A stretch of DNA of 64,000 nucleotides, taken from NCBI RefSeq assembly GCF_009914755.1, contig NC_060937.1; one strand, given 5' to 3'. The position numbers and the translations under genes were made by a program. Of the stretch, positions 33,571-48,224 are shown in pieces (the stretch's first letter is position 1; every line of letters starts with the position of its first letter). The notes beneath the pieces are model-generated. The model worked only from the letters and a program-made list of their open reading frames with translations, had not been told where the DNA came from and made no database searches. The stretch comes from the human T2T-CHM13v2.0 reference genome, Homo sapiens.

Positions 33571-34405
33571 CCAACTGACTCACCTACAGAAAGGACCTTT
33601 GATGTCTCTCCCAACTCATCAGAATAATCCAAAATAGTCAGCTTTGAAGAAAAAAGGAGTATTTATTTGATACCACAAAGAATTCTAACAGAAAAGAATG
33701 CTCCAAATCTTCTAAGGCACATGTAATAGGAAGGCAGGTCTGGAGTGAATAGCTTGTCAAGTTAATGATTAGTTTGGTGTTTCTTTTGCTGTAGGATTAT
33801 GACAAATGTAACAAGACTGTAGATATAATTGGCCCTGGTGCTTTGGCCTTACGTTTTACACTTATCAGTTTTCACGGAAGTAAATCTTGAATCCTACAGC
33901 TCTCATCAAATTGGATGCTGAAAGTGCAGTGACATCATAGCAATAATGATGTGGAGTATTTATGACCGAGCTTTTTGGTGAATGTGCTTGTAATGCATCT
34001 TCTGTTTAGTGTTACTAGAACACCAGCATAATTATTGGGCTGGTTATTTGTTAAAACGATTTAGACAAAAAGTTTAGGAGAAAATTAGGTGCCATCGAAT
34101 GATAATCTGCCCCTAGCAGAGGATGATGAATAAATACATGAAGGTTTGCTCCCAGTGATTCAGAACTAATAATGAACAGGTAATAAACGAAGTTTTCAGT
34201 TATGCCTACAGAGAATAAGTGCGTCCTCTGAGCCGTTCAGACCTCTGAAACCAGTACTGGTTCAGAATAGGAGAAACTAGTTAATTTCCACATACTGTGA
34301 TCACCTCAGGGGAAGCTCAGTCGGATTTTAGAACTCTCACAAAGAAATTGAACCCTGGTGTCCTGGATTAAACAAGAGTTAAGATCACAGTGAGAAGGGA
34401 AGAAG

Positions 34406-34407
<2 letters not shown>

Positions 34408-34453
<46 letters not shown>
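34408..34453. repeat. (TG)23 microsatellite
   Basis: Perfect TG run. Confidence 0.97.
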
Positions 34454-34455
<2 letters not shown>

Positions 34456-34817
34456 GGCCAAGGAAGAATTTGCAGGTAGATTTTAAGCCTTCAGTTTGAG
34501 CGCATAACTCCATTGACAGTAATGGGAATTGAATACGTAGCCAAAGAGAGAAAATGCAAACCAGTCCTCAGCACAGAGTATAAATTAGATATGTAAAAGA
34601 AAATAGAACGAGGGATTTGTGAGGTGAGTCTAAGAGCAGGAAGACATCTTGAAACATTAAGAAGCACTGCCTATTAAAGTCTGGAGAGGACTGAGAGATA
34701 GAACATGGCACACACAGATCCATAATCGTCCTCTCAACCCTCTTAATCCTGACGGACGGAGCATTATTCTCTAAGCAGTTCACGTAACTAAAGAAATAAA
34801 TATGCTTTTCTTGATTG

Positions 34818-35124
34818 GTTTTGTTTGTTTATTTATTTTTGTTTTTGAGATGGAGTCTTGCTCTGTCCACCAGGCTGGAGTGCAGTGGTGAGATCATGAC
34901 TCACTGCAGCCTTGACTTCCTGGGCTGAAGCAATCCTCCTGCTTCAGCCTCCAGAGTAGTTGGGACCACCCACTACCATACCTGGCTAATTTTAAAAATA
35001 TTTTTGTAGAGATGGGGTCTCACTATGTTGCCTAGGCTGATCTTGAACTCCTGATCTCAGGCGATCCTCCTGCTTTGGCCTCCCAAAGTGCTGGGATTCC
35101 AGGTGTGAGACATCAGACTCAGCC
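34818..35124 (-). mobile_element. AluJ inside pseudo-exon
   Basis: gatcatgactcactgcagccttgac, gtctcactatgttgcc J-type diagnostics. Confidence 0.85.
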
Positions 35125-35550
35125 TGTTCCTGGTTTCTATGCTTGGAACATCTTATATACAAATGGACATTTTTTTGCCTTGAATTAGAGACACAAATTG
35201 AGCTTAATAAGGAAAGGGAGTACATTAGTTAACTCCAACTCACTAACAGCTTCAGCTTTTTAATATTTTAAATAAAGAGAAAATCTCTCCCTTCATTTTC
35301 TTTCATCAGGCTGTGCCCATTCCATAATGGTAAATTTTAATTCATTTTGGCCAAATTTTGATCATTTTGACTCATTTAGAAGGTCAAGGAAGTAGAGTGT
35401 GTCAGGTTGATTTATTTCCCCTATAAATTCTCCAGATTGTCTGTTAGAGGGATTTATGGACATAAGTCGTACCTACTTTTTTAGTTACTATATGCCTATA
35501 CCTTTTATTCTGATTTCGGAGAGGGAATGTCTTTGAAATAAATCTAAGAG

Positions 35551-35710
35551 AGTAGCTCCCAAACCAAGATGATTAATAAAATCACTTGGGGAGCTTTAAA
35601 AATATACAGATCCCTGGATATCCTATCATATCTACTGAATCAGAGACTCTGGTGGTTGGAGCCAAGGAGAAAAGGTCCCCAGGAGATTCCGATGCAGTCC
35701 CTCTGGACTG
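35551..35710. mobile_element. MER5-like hAT-Charlie element (others at ~41940-42290, 45525-46022, 63395-63555)
   Basis: aatcacttggggagctttaaaaatatacagat...ctactgaatcagagactctgg. Confidence 0.7.
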
Positions 35711-36523
35711 ACAACCTCTCTCCCAAGACAATGGCCTGAAGGAAATCATTGCAAGTTCATGTTCTAGCATGTTAGAGGAAGGAAAGTTAGACTTGTGAAG
35801 AAACTAAATATCTCCAAGTCCAATTCAAACTCCTTTAAGTCACCAGAGGATTTCAAGTTCTTTCTTTGGGGGCAATTCAGGTCCAGGGTGTAACTGGGCC
35901 TTTAAGACTTCAGTTTTCCTTGAGTGGTTCCGGGTAGCTGCTTCCCTGTAGGAACATTCTACTCTACCCACTCTGCTCTGCATCCCAAATCCAGGGAATC
36001 CTTCAAGGCTCAGCCAAAGATCACCTCTTCCATGAAAACAGCAATGACTACATGAGCTTTTTCTCCCTCCCAGACTCCCCTGGGCTAGTCAGAGGCGTAT
36101 AATTTAACACTTAATTGTTTTCTAATTGCTTCCGATCTGTTCTGTTCCCTCACCCTATTATAAGCAGCTCAAGGGTGGAGACCATGGTTCTCTCTCAGTG
36201 TCTTTAACAAGGCTGGTTGCCTGCCTGGCTCACCATTGTGGCCCCAGAGGCCCAGGCTGGCATGAAATTGGCTCTCCATGAATATTTGTTGAATTAATGA
36301 ATTTGTTGCTGGAATGAGTATTGGAACATTTAGTCAGAAAATCATGGCCTGAAAACAAATCACCTCATAACATGCTCCATTCTATTCCATTCGACCAACA
36401 TTGAATCCGTAGGTATGGGGGTCCTCCTCTGTGCTGGGCACTGTCTGTCCTAGGTGCTAGGAACAGAGCAAAAATGTCCTTGATTGATGCACTAAGTGTG
36501 AACTTGTAAAGGAGGGTAAATTA

Positions 36524-36869
<346 letters not shown>

Positions 36870-37176
36870 TCAACTCCTGGAAACTATGAAAAACAGGTCA
36901 GAGATCATTTCAATAACAACCATAGCTCAGAAAACATAGGATGATAGTCCAGTGCCAGTAATTGGGTGTTGCAAGATTGTAGTTCAAAGTAGTCCAATGT
37001 AGGAGACAGAACCACAATGAGAACTGTTTTTCTTCCCTTCCAGAGCCTTCCTCACCACATATTCAGACTGACGGAGGCCTCTACAAACGGGGCATTGTGG
37101 CTTGTTTTAATTTTGAATGTATTTTATGTTGAAAGTTTAGCTCTTTGGCAGCATGAACCGGACAGGCAAACCTTAC

Positions 37177-37295
37177 CCATTGGCCCTTGGTGTCCTTTGA
37201 TGTTTTCCCATTTCATGACAGAATTCTAGAGTCAAGATGTGAAGACCTCACACTAAGCAAGTTGATTTGAAACCACCCAAGACTTGGCGATTTGT
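37177..37295 (-). pseudogene. Pseudo-exon (119 bp; phase 2-1 fits neighbours)
   Basis: Acceptor atattatttctttag|, donor TGG|gtaagg; frame ambiguous. Confidence 0.5.
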
Positions 37296-38002
37296 CTAAA
37301 GAAATAATATTATTAACTTTGCAGAAGAGACTTCTTTTCTATTAGCAGTGATTTGGATTTTTGTAATGTGGTGGGTCAGTCTGTCCTTCCTGCTCCATAT
37401 TTTACTTGCTAGCATTGGCTTGTCTTTCTGTGCACACGTTAAAGTCAGGAGTAGGCATTTCAGCCTAACCCAACGCCACCCTTTCCTCAGCACACGGCTT
37501 CAGCTCTGGCTCGTGGTAATTACCTAAGGAACTGATTGCAGGGAGAAGCAGCCCACTGAGATGTCTACTGCCAAGTAATTAGGGCCAGAGAAGTTCCACA
37601 GACCATTAGTGTCACTTTGGGGAACAGGATTTTACAAACATTGTGGCAGGCACTTGAGCTGAAGTCCTGTGTCTTTTTAAGGAGGAATGAACCTCAGGAA
37701 AAGAGAGAAAAGAGGTGAGACACAAACGAGAAACGATGGAGAGAAATTAATTCAAAAAGGAATATGGAGGAAAGGTAGAAAGAAACAAAGAGCGCCTTAG
37801 GTTTAGGTAGTTTTCTGTTTATCCAAGGAGATGGCCAGTGTATTATTCATTTAGAAGATTAGTTAGTTTTTTGACCCTGTGTCTGTCCCTGAATCAAGGG
37901 GTGCCTGTCACACAGGAAGGGAAGTTTTGCTAGGCAAAATGCTAACCAGATGACACCCCCAATTTGTTTCACATTGGCTTCCGGGGATTGGGAGCTCCTT
38001 AC

Positions 38003-38468
38003 TCTAATGCGGTCCCTGGAGTCCCTGGCATGCGACACCATATAATAGAGCCCTCTGGTGCTTCATCTAAGTCATATTCTACAGGGGTCCAAGTCATTCT
38101 TCCTAGCAAAGGCATCCTGGTGAAGTTGCGGTAATTATTTTGAAGCATTAATAAAATGTATTCGGTGTCAACAAATGGTCTTATGCTGTAGGGGTGAGAT
38201 GGGACTACGAGATGCGGGAAAATTAATTGTTTCCTGTTATCGTGCTCAAGATATATTTGCATATATCGTTTTTCTGGTTACTTTGAATAGAGGCACCACT
38301 GCAGTGCACCAAGGCAAAGGTCAGAAGTATCTCTGTGTAAAGCCCAGCATGGATCTCTGGCCACCTGTACCCCTGAGATTTTCTGATTTGATGTCATTGA
38401 TATTTTCATTAGGAACGATTATTATATGACAAAACAAATAAGACTTTGTTATTATACCTTTTTAAGAC
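38003..38468 (-). pseudogene. Pseudo-exon
   Basis: Acceptor ttttatttttctgatttgtttcatcttcag|, donor AGA|gtaagg; LKRYNNKVLFVLSYNN...GYRWPEIHAGLYTEILLTFAL(fs)...MQIYLEHDNRKQLIFPHLVVPSHPYSIRPFVDTEYILLMLQNNYRNFTRMPLLGRMTWTPVEYDL. Confidence 0.68.
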
Positions 38469-38698
38469 CTGAAGATGAAACAAATCAGAAAAATAAAATG
38501 ATGATAGTCTGTGCTGAGATTTTTGTCTCAGAAACTGGGTCATTCTCAGAGACCTCAGAAATCTTAGGCTAGGTACCCCCAAATTGACTCTCTCTCTCTT
38601 TTTCTCTGTCTTTCTCTCATCTATCTATCATCATCTAGCATCATCATCATCTATTATCTATCTATATCTAATCTATCTACCGTCATCTATTTATTTGC

Positions 38699-39216
38699 CT
38701 ATTTCCATAGCATTTGATTCCTCACAGCAAGCTGTCTCCCTGGGTTCTGGGGAATTCTGCTTAACTTCCTCACTTCTCATGGCAGAGTCCGGCAGTGGTT
38801 TGTAATCCCTGACATTGTTCCTTGGGGCAGTAGCCTTGCTCCTTGGTGTTTTAGACCTTCTGAAAACTCTGAAAGCCGAGGCCCAGCCAATCAACACCTC
38901 AGTGGGGGTTGTGTTAGAATTGCCTCTGTTTGATTTGGTCAATATAACTTGTCTCGGGAACAACCTGTTAGTTCCCCAGCTTGAAAACAATTCTACTTGC
39001 CAAGTTCCTGCTGACAGGCTGTGCTCCCGCGCAGCGCCAGTGGCAGCCAGCGATTCACCTCCAGGGTCCGGGGGGTGGCTCTGTATGAGACGAGACCCCG
39101 GGATCACAAGAAGTCAGAGGTGGGGCTGGGCACTGCATGTGCCAACAGATTTATACTCTGGCTTCACCTTGGCGCTGCCTGCTGGTCTCCCAAGCCCAGA
39201 TGCCCCCTCATCTTTC
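38699..39216 (-). pseudogene. Pseudo-exon ending at a GC-type donor
   Basis: Acceptor gggcccttctacag|; one frame has a single TGA over the exon and ends QNSPEPRETACCEESNAMEI; donor TAG|gcaaat. Confidence 0.5.
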
Positions 39217-39634
39217 CTGTAGAAGGGCCCTGTGGGCACTTTGTACCTCCTTCCCCAATTGAACCAACCTTGAAATCATTTGTTAACACTACTGTCACCC
39301 ACCAGACCATGGGCTCCCCAGGATGGAGGCCGTGTCTGATTCATCCTTGTTTTTAACAACGAATACAACACTCAGGTCTAGAGTGTGTGGCTTTTATTTA
39401 GTGTTTGTTGTGTGAAAAAAATGAAGATATAAATGGAAGGAAAGGGTTGGGGTGAGGGCATGGGACTTCACTCTGACAGTCATCACGTCTGGTTCTAAGA
39501 TCTCCTCTTTCTGCTCCCATCTCTGAGCAGTCCCTACGGGGTACATATGAACTTTTATGTCTCTTTCCTAATCCTTCTTAGTCCCAGAGAAGAAGTGACA
39601 GGGGCCAGGCAAGAGGACAAATGATCCACTCCCA

Positions 39635-40350
39635 TATTTGTTAGGATGGGCTAGGTTATACCGTGGTAACAAATAACTACCTGAATCCTGGCATCTAAAC
39701 GAAAAAAGCTGCTGGGCACGGTGGCTCACGCCTGTAATCCCAACATGCTGGGAGGCCAAGGCTGGTGGATCACCTGAGGTTAGGAGTTTGAGACCAGCCT
39801 GGCCATCACGACAAAACCCTGTCTCTGGTAAAAATACAAAAAATTAGCCAGGCATGGAGACAGGTGCCTATAATCCCAGCTACTCAGGAGACCGAGGCAG
39901 GAGAATCGCCTGAATCCGGGAGGTGGAGGTTGCAGTGAGCCGAGATCATGCCTCTGCCCTCCAGCCTGGGCGACAAGGGTGAAACTCTGCCTCCAAAAAA
40001 AAAAAGAAAAGAAAAGAAAAAGAAAAAAGCACTTAAAAATGTTGTTTGTTTATTAGACTGCTTATTGTAAATGTTTATCACAAACTGGCTGGTTCTCTGC
40101 TCCACGTCGTTTTCCTTCTAGCACCCCAGTGTCGGAGAAACTTCCATCTGAGATGTTATTGATTGACAGCACAGAAGTCAAAATACTGCAGCAAATCACT
40201 CTCGCTCCTGATATTCTCTCACAGAAGTGACACCATCTCTGTTCACATTCCCATTGTCGAGACCAAGCCACACAGTCACCTAATCTCAGGGAGCTAGGAA
40301 ATGCAATTCTGCCATGTGCCTAGGAGGAGAAATGAAAATATTTGGTGCAA
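39635..40350. mobile_element. MLT1 LTR relic split by AluS (39710-40028 +)
   Basis: tttgttaggatgggctaggttata..gtggtaacaaata...cacattcccattg...gaaatgcaattctgccatgtgcc. Confidence 0.65.
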
Positions 40351-40521
40351 GGTGCCAACAAGTACCAAGGCTCAAAAATTGAGATCTATCTGTCTATATC
40401 TAGGGCTCTCTCTCTTTCTCTGTCAAATGAGACTTCCTGCCACACTTTCTATTGCGCCGAATCCCATCTCACTACGCTATCACCTCTCTATAGCTAATCT
40501 ATCATCCGTCTATTTATTTGC

Positions 40522-41329
<808 letters not shown>

Positions 41330-41565
41330 CTGAACGGTAAGTGAAGCCTCAGCCCTCCCGGCCTCTCCCCTGTGTGCCTCTGTCTCCAAGGGTCTCCCTG
41401 ATTTGGAATCTTACCGCTTGTTCTCTTTAGACTTACCTCTTAGTTTTTGGCCCTGGCTCAATACCCCTGCCCCATTCCAAGGACAGATCCCAGGGAGTGG
41501 CTTGGGGGACTTTAACCCTCTCCCTAATAATCTCCATCTACTTTATTCCCCCACCCCCACCTTAC

Positions 41566-41861
41566 CTCTCTAAAGAAAATACCTTCTAAATAACAATAGT
41601 TCACCTGCTGAGAAGTCAACACTTCAAGACAGGCCTTCAGGACCCTCATTCTAACCAGGGTATCACTTTTAAGCCCCCTCCTATAAGTAAATTGTGGGTC
41701 ACACATACACTGGGACTCAGTTACTTGACACTTTGTCTTGATGGTTCTGACAAAAAGCTGTGACGTGACCCCAGTCCACCCAGCAAGGATGGGTCTGCAA
41801 AGGCCCAGGTCCCTGACAGCTGAGAAGAGTCTGTGGGAGCCTCTTGTCTTGTTGGAGAGGT
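41566..41861 (-). pseudogene. Pseudo-exon with fully open frame (296 bp, phase 1-0)
   Basis: Acceptor catgtctgcttctctag|, donor GAG|gtaagg; 98 codons without stop (LSNKTRGSHRLFSAVRDLGLC...VNYCYLEGIFFRE). Confidence 0.62.
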
Positions 41862-42903
41862 CTAGAGAAGCAGACATGATGAGACTACTCTTCCCTGGTG
41901 GGTGATGAATTGAAGGGGGAGGAGCGCATATCTCTTAAAGCAAAGATTCTCCAAGTGAGGTCCCTGAACCAGCAGCATGGTCGCCACCTGAGAACTTGTT
42001 GGAAATGCAGATTCTTGGGCCCATCTAGAGGTCTTGAAAAAACTGTGGAGACAGGGAGCAGCCCTCTGTGCTTTAGGCAACTCTGATGCTGATGGCATCT
42101 GAGAACCACTGGCTTTGGCTTCGGCCGGTCTCTGGGTCTCCTGCAAACACATGGCGTATCTCTTACAACTCACACTGTTAGGCCGACCTCAGCCCTACTA
42201 GGTCGGAACCTCTGAGATTTCCCCAGGAGTTTTCACTTTAATAAATGTCCCTGGGGACGCTACTGTCATCAAAGGTTGCAGAAGACACAGGTTAAAAAAA
42301 AGGCCAAGAGGTCCAGGGTCTGGAAGGGTGGGAGTTCTGGATTTGGAAGGCTTAGGAAAGTCAGGGAGTTGCTCTAACTACAGGAGACCAAGAAAGAGAA
42401 AAATCTGGGAAGTGTTAGCTGGCTAAATTAACGTAGTCAGCTTATGATTATCCAGCTGGAGGACATATAGGCCCCTTGACCACCTGGTTCCCATTTAACC
42501 CAGTTAGGATACTGACGCTTCTACAGCTCTCCAGCTGCACACTAGCACCTCTCTGACTTTTCCCTCTGCTCTTCCTGAGAGCTTCCTGGTGCTTCCTCCA
42601 TGTGCTGGGGAGACGCCCCAAGGCTGCTGGACCATCTTCTCATCCTGCCCCCCACTCCACCCCAGTGGAGGTTCCCATGGGACCCCTGTTGTATGGCAGC
42701 TGTCCTTTTCCTTGGCCACACAGTTGGGAGGACACTACTCTCCTCAGGTGCAGAACAGGGCCTCATTGCCCTTCAACAGAGCAGGGACCAGGCTGAGATT
42801 TTAAACAAGACTCTAGGGATGGTTCAGGGAACAGTGAAAGGAAGTGTGACTCCAGAATGAGATCCTTGCAAGCAGACTTGACTCAAACTTTGTGATAAAG
42901 GAC

Positions 42904-43199
42904 TTTTTTTTTTTTTTTTTTGAGACAGAGTCTCACTCTGTTGCCCAGGCTGGAGTGCAGTGGTACGATCTCGGCTCACTGCAACCTCCGCCTCCTGGGT
43001 TCAAGGATTCTCCTGCCTCAGCTTGCCAAGTAGCTGGGATTACAGGTGCCTGCCACCATGCCTGGCTAATTTTTGTATTTTTAGTAGAGACGGGGTTTCA
43101 CCATGTTGGCCAGGCTGGTCTCAAACTCCTGACCTCATGATCCACCCACCTCGGCATCCTAAAGTGCTGGGATTACAGCGTGAGCCACCCCACCCGGCC
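42904..43199 (-). mobile_element. AluSg-like, no matching TSD
   Basis: Full dimer with ctcatgatcc; tail-side flank duplicates 31988-32024. Confidence 0.88.
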
Positions 43200-43839
43200 G
43201 CCTCCTGCTTTCTTCTAAACCTGCCTCCACATGGCCATTGTAAATGTTCCCCAGATTTCTGTGCTTCGGAATCAGGGTCACAGTGGACCTCTGGCTTCTA
43301 GGAGGGTTCTCCCTTCACCATGGGCCCCTTTCCTTGTCCCAGAGCTGGCTGCTTCCTGGCATGACTCACTGTGGGCAAGACAGTTCCTTTTAAAGGAAGG
43401 TCTGCTTTCACCCCAGTCAGTTCAGGTCTCCCGGGAGGCAGATACCAGGGCAGGATGAGACACACAGGAGAAATGTGTGTGGAGCATGAAAGGGGCTTAG
43501 TCTTAGTCATTGGCTGTCTTCCATACCTCATCACCTGTCTGTAGGGTGTCAGAACAAATTAGTAACCATTAGTCAACTCCCCTGTCCTTGCAGGCATTAT
43601 TCCCTTGTACATGCCAATGTCCAGCACTGGCAAGGTTGTCCCCCTTGGCCTAGACATTTTCACAGGTTGCAGACTATGAAATCTTCAGCACTTGGGCTGT
43701 CACTCTGAGTCTGGGATTATCCAGTCCCCACTTTCCATCCCAGAAGGAGTCTGACTTGCCAGCTGAGCAGCAAGTGAGCCAGTCTCCAATATCATCTTAT
43801 CACCACTTTCCTCACACCACTCCTGGTACCCACTGTGAG

Positions 43840-44300
43840 TTCTCTGAGCAGTCAATGCCAAGTGACATGAGAAAAACAAGAGATTTACTAGAGCAAATGC
43901 CTGTGAATGATTAAAAGGGAGAGCAGGATCAGGTTGGGAGAGACTTCAGACTGAGAGGCAGCTCTGACACCTGAGAAGGGAGAGCAGGAAGGAAAGATTA
44001 GACCGGAGGAGCCTCGGGCTGCAACATGTTCTGAGAAAGTCTTGGCCAGGACAGTTGGGTGACCCAAGAAAAATGCATTTATTGGAAGATCCTCGTGCTG
44101 GGCAGCAATGGCCTGGCTCCGGGACTCCGGCTGTGCTCATCTTGTGCTGGGAGCAGCCCAGGGGAAGTGTGGCTTGGCATGAAGCCTATGGGGGGTCTGA
44201 AGGTGCAGCAGCTGGAGGCTGCCAGTCATCCACATTCCCTGCAGCAGGCTCTCTTGAAGAGGGAGCCAAATGATGTATTTCTACGGCCACCACCTACCCA
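43840..44300. mobile_element. LTR16-like ERVL LTR relic
   Basis: gatttact...tgcctgtga...ttcagact...tctgacacctg...tctgagaaagtcttggccagg. Confidence 0.55.
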
Positions 44301-44604
44301 ATGAGTTTTGGCCCACAGCCCAATAGCCCGAGAAGACATTTGCACAGCCATGTCCTTTCCCAGCCACTGTCCCAGTCCTGGGTATTGAGCCATCAGTGGT
44401 CTCCTGTGGCACAGCAGTAGCCTATCAGGCTCAGTGCCATTCCTTCTCAGCCTCTCATCAAAAGCTCAGCTATGCTTAGGATCCAATCCTATGCAGAGAT
44501 AACTTGCTTCCTAATAAAGTAACTTCATGGAAAGGTACTAGGAATTGATTTGAGTTTTTTATAGCGGGAAGTTACATCAGAGAATTTTGTTTTAGTCCCT
44601 CCCG

Positions 44605-44990
44605 CAATCAGTTATGGCCCCAACAGCAAACAAATGGCACGCTCAGATTAGGGTACTTTGTGGAGGTCTTATTTACAAAGGTGTGGGCAGGATGCAGGAA
44701 GGCCACAATGGGTAGTGCAGTGCTCTGGGTCAGTGACAGCTAAGTTCTCACCATCCCTAGGTCCTGGATGGGGCAGGAGGACAGAGTCACACAGAGGAGA
44801 CCATCTTGAGAAGAGCAGTGACCTCTCAGGTGACTCAGGAGTGACTCAGGACAAAGTCTGAAGCAGCCGCTCCAGGAGTGACCCTGAGGAGAAGGAGTCT
44901 ACCCTCACTCCATTTCCTTCCCTCATTGGCCACACCCAACCAGAGACCAGAGGGGAAGGGAGTCCCTGATGTGGTCCAGACAGGTGAGCT
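44605..44990. mobile_element. Old ERVL-type LTR relic
   Basis: caacagcaaacaaatggcacgctcagattaggg...tatttacaaaggtgtgggcagg; subfamily uncertain. Confidence 0.45.
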
Positions 44991-45534
44991 TCCCAGGGGA
45001 GAGAGCAGGTGCTGAGTGGACTGGGGTGGGGAAAGAGGGCACATGCTCTAATCCTAGAATTGAGGTGCAGTCCAAGGTCACACAAATGGTTGAATAAAGG
45101 AGATGGGCAACAATTCATCCTTCATTCATCTACTTAGCAAATATATTTTCCAGTCAGCACAGTGCTAGGTCCTGGAAATACAAAGATGAGCAAGTAGTAA
45201 CTTTGTTCCCTGCTGGGCATCCTGAGGCCTTAAGGACATTGAGTGACATCAGGTTTGGAAGCTGTGGCAGTTCTATTTTTCTTAATATCATGGTCTCCTA
45301 TTGCTGACAGAGAATTGAGATATAAGCTACAGTTACTATTTTGAGTAAGAATCTGCCTGTATCAATGACTGAGAGAGGCTGGGAGGGGTCTCCTCACCCA
45401 CTGAAGCCTGAATCCCATCATTTGGGTTCAGAATTGGGTCATAAAGGATTTTTTCATTTTTGAGAGTTCCCTATGATAATGCAACCTCCAGCTCTCACCC
45501 CAGGATGGTTAAGTCCTTCTGTCCCCGGCTCTCA

Positions 45535-45906
<372 letters not shown>

Positions 45907-47631
45907 CACAGATACCTGGGCCTACTCCCAGAAATTCTGTTTAACTGGCCAGTGGGACCCAGCCTGCTACATGTTTAGATTCTCACCTACAGCCAGGCCT
46001 GAGTGCCAGTGAACCACTACCTGAAACCTTCGCTGAGAGTCAGTTATGAGCAAAACTGTTGCCAGGGATGGAGGCAAACATTAGCACTGAGAAGGGAAAC
46101 AGGGACACCAAAGACCTTTACAGTTTTGTTCAGTGTGGGCCACGCTGGGGTGGGGGACATACGTGAACCTGCATCAGGGCTTCCTGTAATCCAACTGGCA
46201 TGGGTGGCAGGGTCACGGGATCCCTATCTGTTGGAACGAAGATGATATGGAGGCTGTGCATAGTGGGCACCCATGGACTGCTTAGGAGTGAGCTACCCTT
46301 GAGGGCAGGGCCCATCTGGGGTGAGGTGAGGGAGGATTCACCCTCAGGGAGCCCAAGTATGGGGCTGGGTCCTGTCTTATTTACAATTTTGATATTTTAT
46401 TCATCAGGGATATTTTGCATTAATTTTGATTTGCATTAAAATATCAGTTATGGTGATCACTGAGTTCTCTGGTGCTCCTTTCCTTTTTTTGTTTTGTTTT
46501 TTTGCCAGAGCTGGTGAGACTCAGCTCACCTGGTCCCAGCCCTACTCTGGGGCAAGGGACACGGCATTTATTGCAGTGCTGTTGGCTGCAGCTTATGATT
46601 ATGGGAATAGGTTTTGTTTGCAATGGGACAAACTTGGATTTGAACCTCAGCCTCAGTGGTGTGACCTTGGGCTGGTCATTCACCTCTCTGAGCCTCAGTT
46701 TCATTCACTGTAATCTCCTGGGGATAACAGAAATCCCTAGGCTAGGTGGTAGGGCTGCCAGGGTGAAAGTCACACATCAGACGTACCTGCAGTGCCATGG
46801 CAGGACCTGCATAGAGCGGGCCACCAGAATGGGTTTCGTCAAGGGTCCTGGGTGGCAGTGCATGGCACTAAGGCTGAGTGAGGCATGCTTGTTACCCTGC
46901 ACTCCCCCCAGCCCCACTCCCATCCCCACCCCCATCCCCCCCACCCCCACCCTCCTGCGTGCCCGCCTCCCTGGCTCCGCAGCAGATGGTTCTGCGCCTC
47001 CTCTTTTCAGGTGCGAGTGAGCCTTGGCAGCTCCAGGTTCTCCCTTTCATCCACCGGCCCCCAGCCTCCTCCTGCCCTGGCTACCTCTCCAGGCTCCCCG
47101 ACACCATTGTCCGGCCCCCGCGGCGTCCCTGTCCCCGCAGCACACAGAGGCCCCTTTGTCTCTGGCCCACACCTGACTGCGGCTCAGCAAGGCGGTGACA
47201 GCACTGCTGGCGCGCAGCCAGGCAATAACAACATTAGTCATGCCTTTTCCAGAAAGGCCTCGTAAACCTGCAAGGGTCTGGGTGCCCCTAGGTGGCCCTG
47301 GGCGGGTGTTTTTCATTTCCTTTGCCTGTTGATTTTTAAATGCAGCTGCTTTTTGGTGCCAAATGGAGACCCTCTGGGCCAGCCTTGGGGCTGCTCCCTG
47401 GTGCTCTGGCTCGAGGGGACCATCACCACCTTGGCCCCTGCAGACCTGAACACTGAGCATTGTGAGTTCTGGGGTCAACGGCTCCAGACACAAAGGCGAA
47501 TCTGTGGGTTTCCCCTGGGCCGTTGGAGAAAACCCTGTGGCAGCTCCTTTTTTCCTTCCTTCCCAGAGCACCCTGTTGCCCATCACCTGGCACTGGCAAC
47601 CCCTGAGGTGCAGGCCACTCCTTACTAGGGG

Positions 47632-47918
<287 letters not shown>

Positions 47919-48091
47919 TGGGGTTTTCTTAATCCTCCCTTGGAGACATCCAGAAGGAGGTGGGGATCATGACTGCTAAGGAGTGAAGCTACCTGCCCAG
48001 CATGTCAGGACAAAGCAGCCCTGCACCCAGTGGCTTCCTTCTGCAGAAACGCTGGAGCACAACATGGAGTGGGAGGGCTGGCTTTGGGGAG

Positions 48092-48224
48092 GCTCTGGCA
48101 CTGGAGTATCTGCATTGCGGGGGCCTGGTGCTGAGGGGGTGTCCCTGTCAGTGGGGGCTCCTGGCATTGAGGAGCCCCAGGCACTGGGGAGCTCCTGGCA
48201 CTGGGGAATCCTTGGCAGTTAGAA
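48092..48224. repeat. Degenerate 17-bp minisatellite
   Basis: gctcctggcattgagga / gccccaggcactgggga / gctcctggcactgggga / atccttggcagttagaa plus weaker upstream units. Confidence 0.7.

Larger units (their letters stand above)
33584..35543 (-). pseudogene. Very large pseudo-exon (~1.6 kb after removing inserts) interrupted by AluJ and (TG)23
   Basis: Acceptor ctactctcttag|, donor TAG|gtgagt; long frames e.g. EFIGEINQPDTLYFLDLLNESK*SKFGQNELKFTIMEWAQPDE, KHIYFFSYVNCLENNAPSVRIKRVERTIMDL, WKLTSFSYSEPVLVSEV*TAQRTHLFSVGITENFVYYLF, SSKLTILDYSDELGETSKVLSV. Confidence 0.62.

Noticed and set aside
33596-34105. Cluster of HNF1 (GTTAATGATTAGT), TCF/LEF (CCTTTGATG), GATA and CDX/HOX-like motifs suggesting a gut enhancer
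   Set aside because: Lies within the AT-rich pseudo-exon, where such short motifs arise by chance. No independent support.
37523-37692. Extra minus-strand exon candidate (long pyrimidine tract, GAG|, TAG|gtaatt)
   Set aside because: Acceptor is GAG, the frame is ambiguous and the phase chain works without it. Left out, though it may be real.
46300-46545. Possible hAT-type element with CAGGGC termini
   Set aside because: Terminal repeats are too degenerate to call or name confidently.
48092-48224. Repeat array superficially like CRISPR
   Set aside because: Head-to-tail 17-bp units with no unique spacers, in human DNA with no cas genes.
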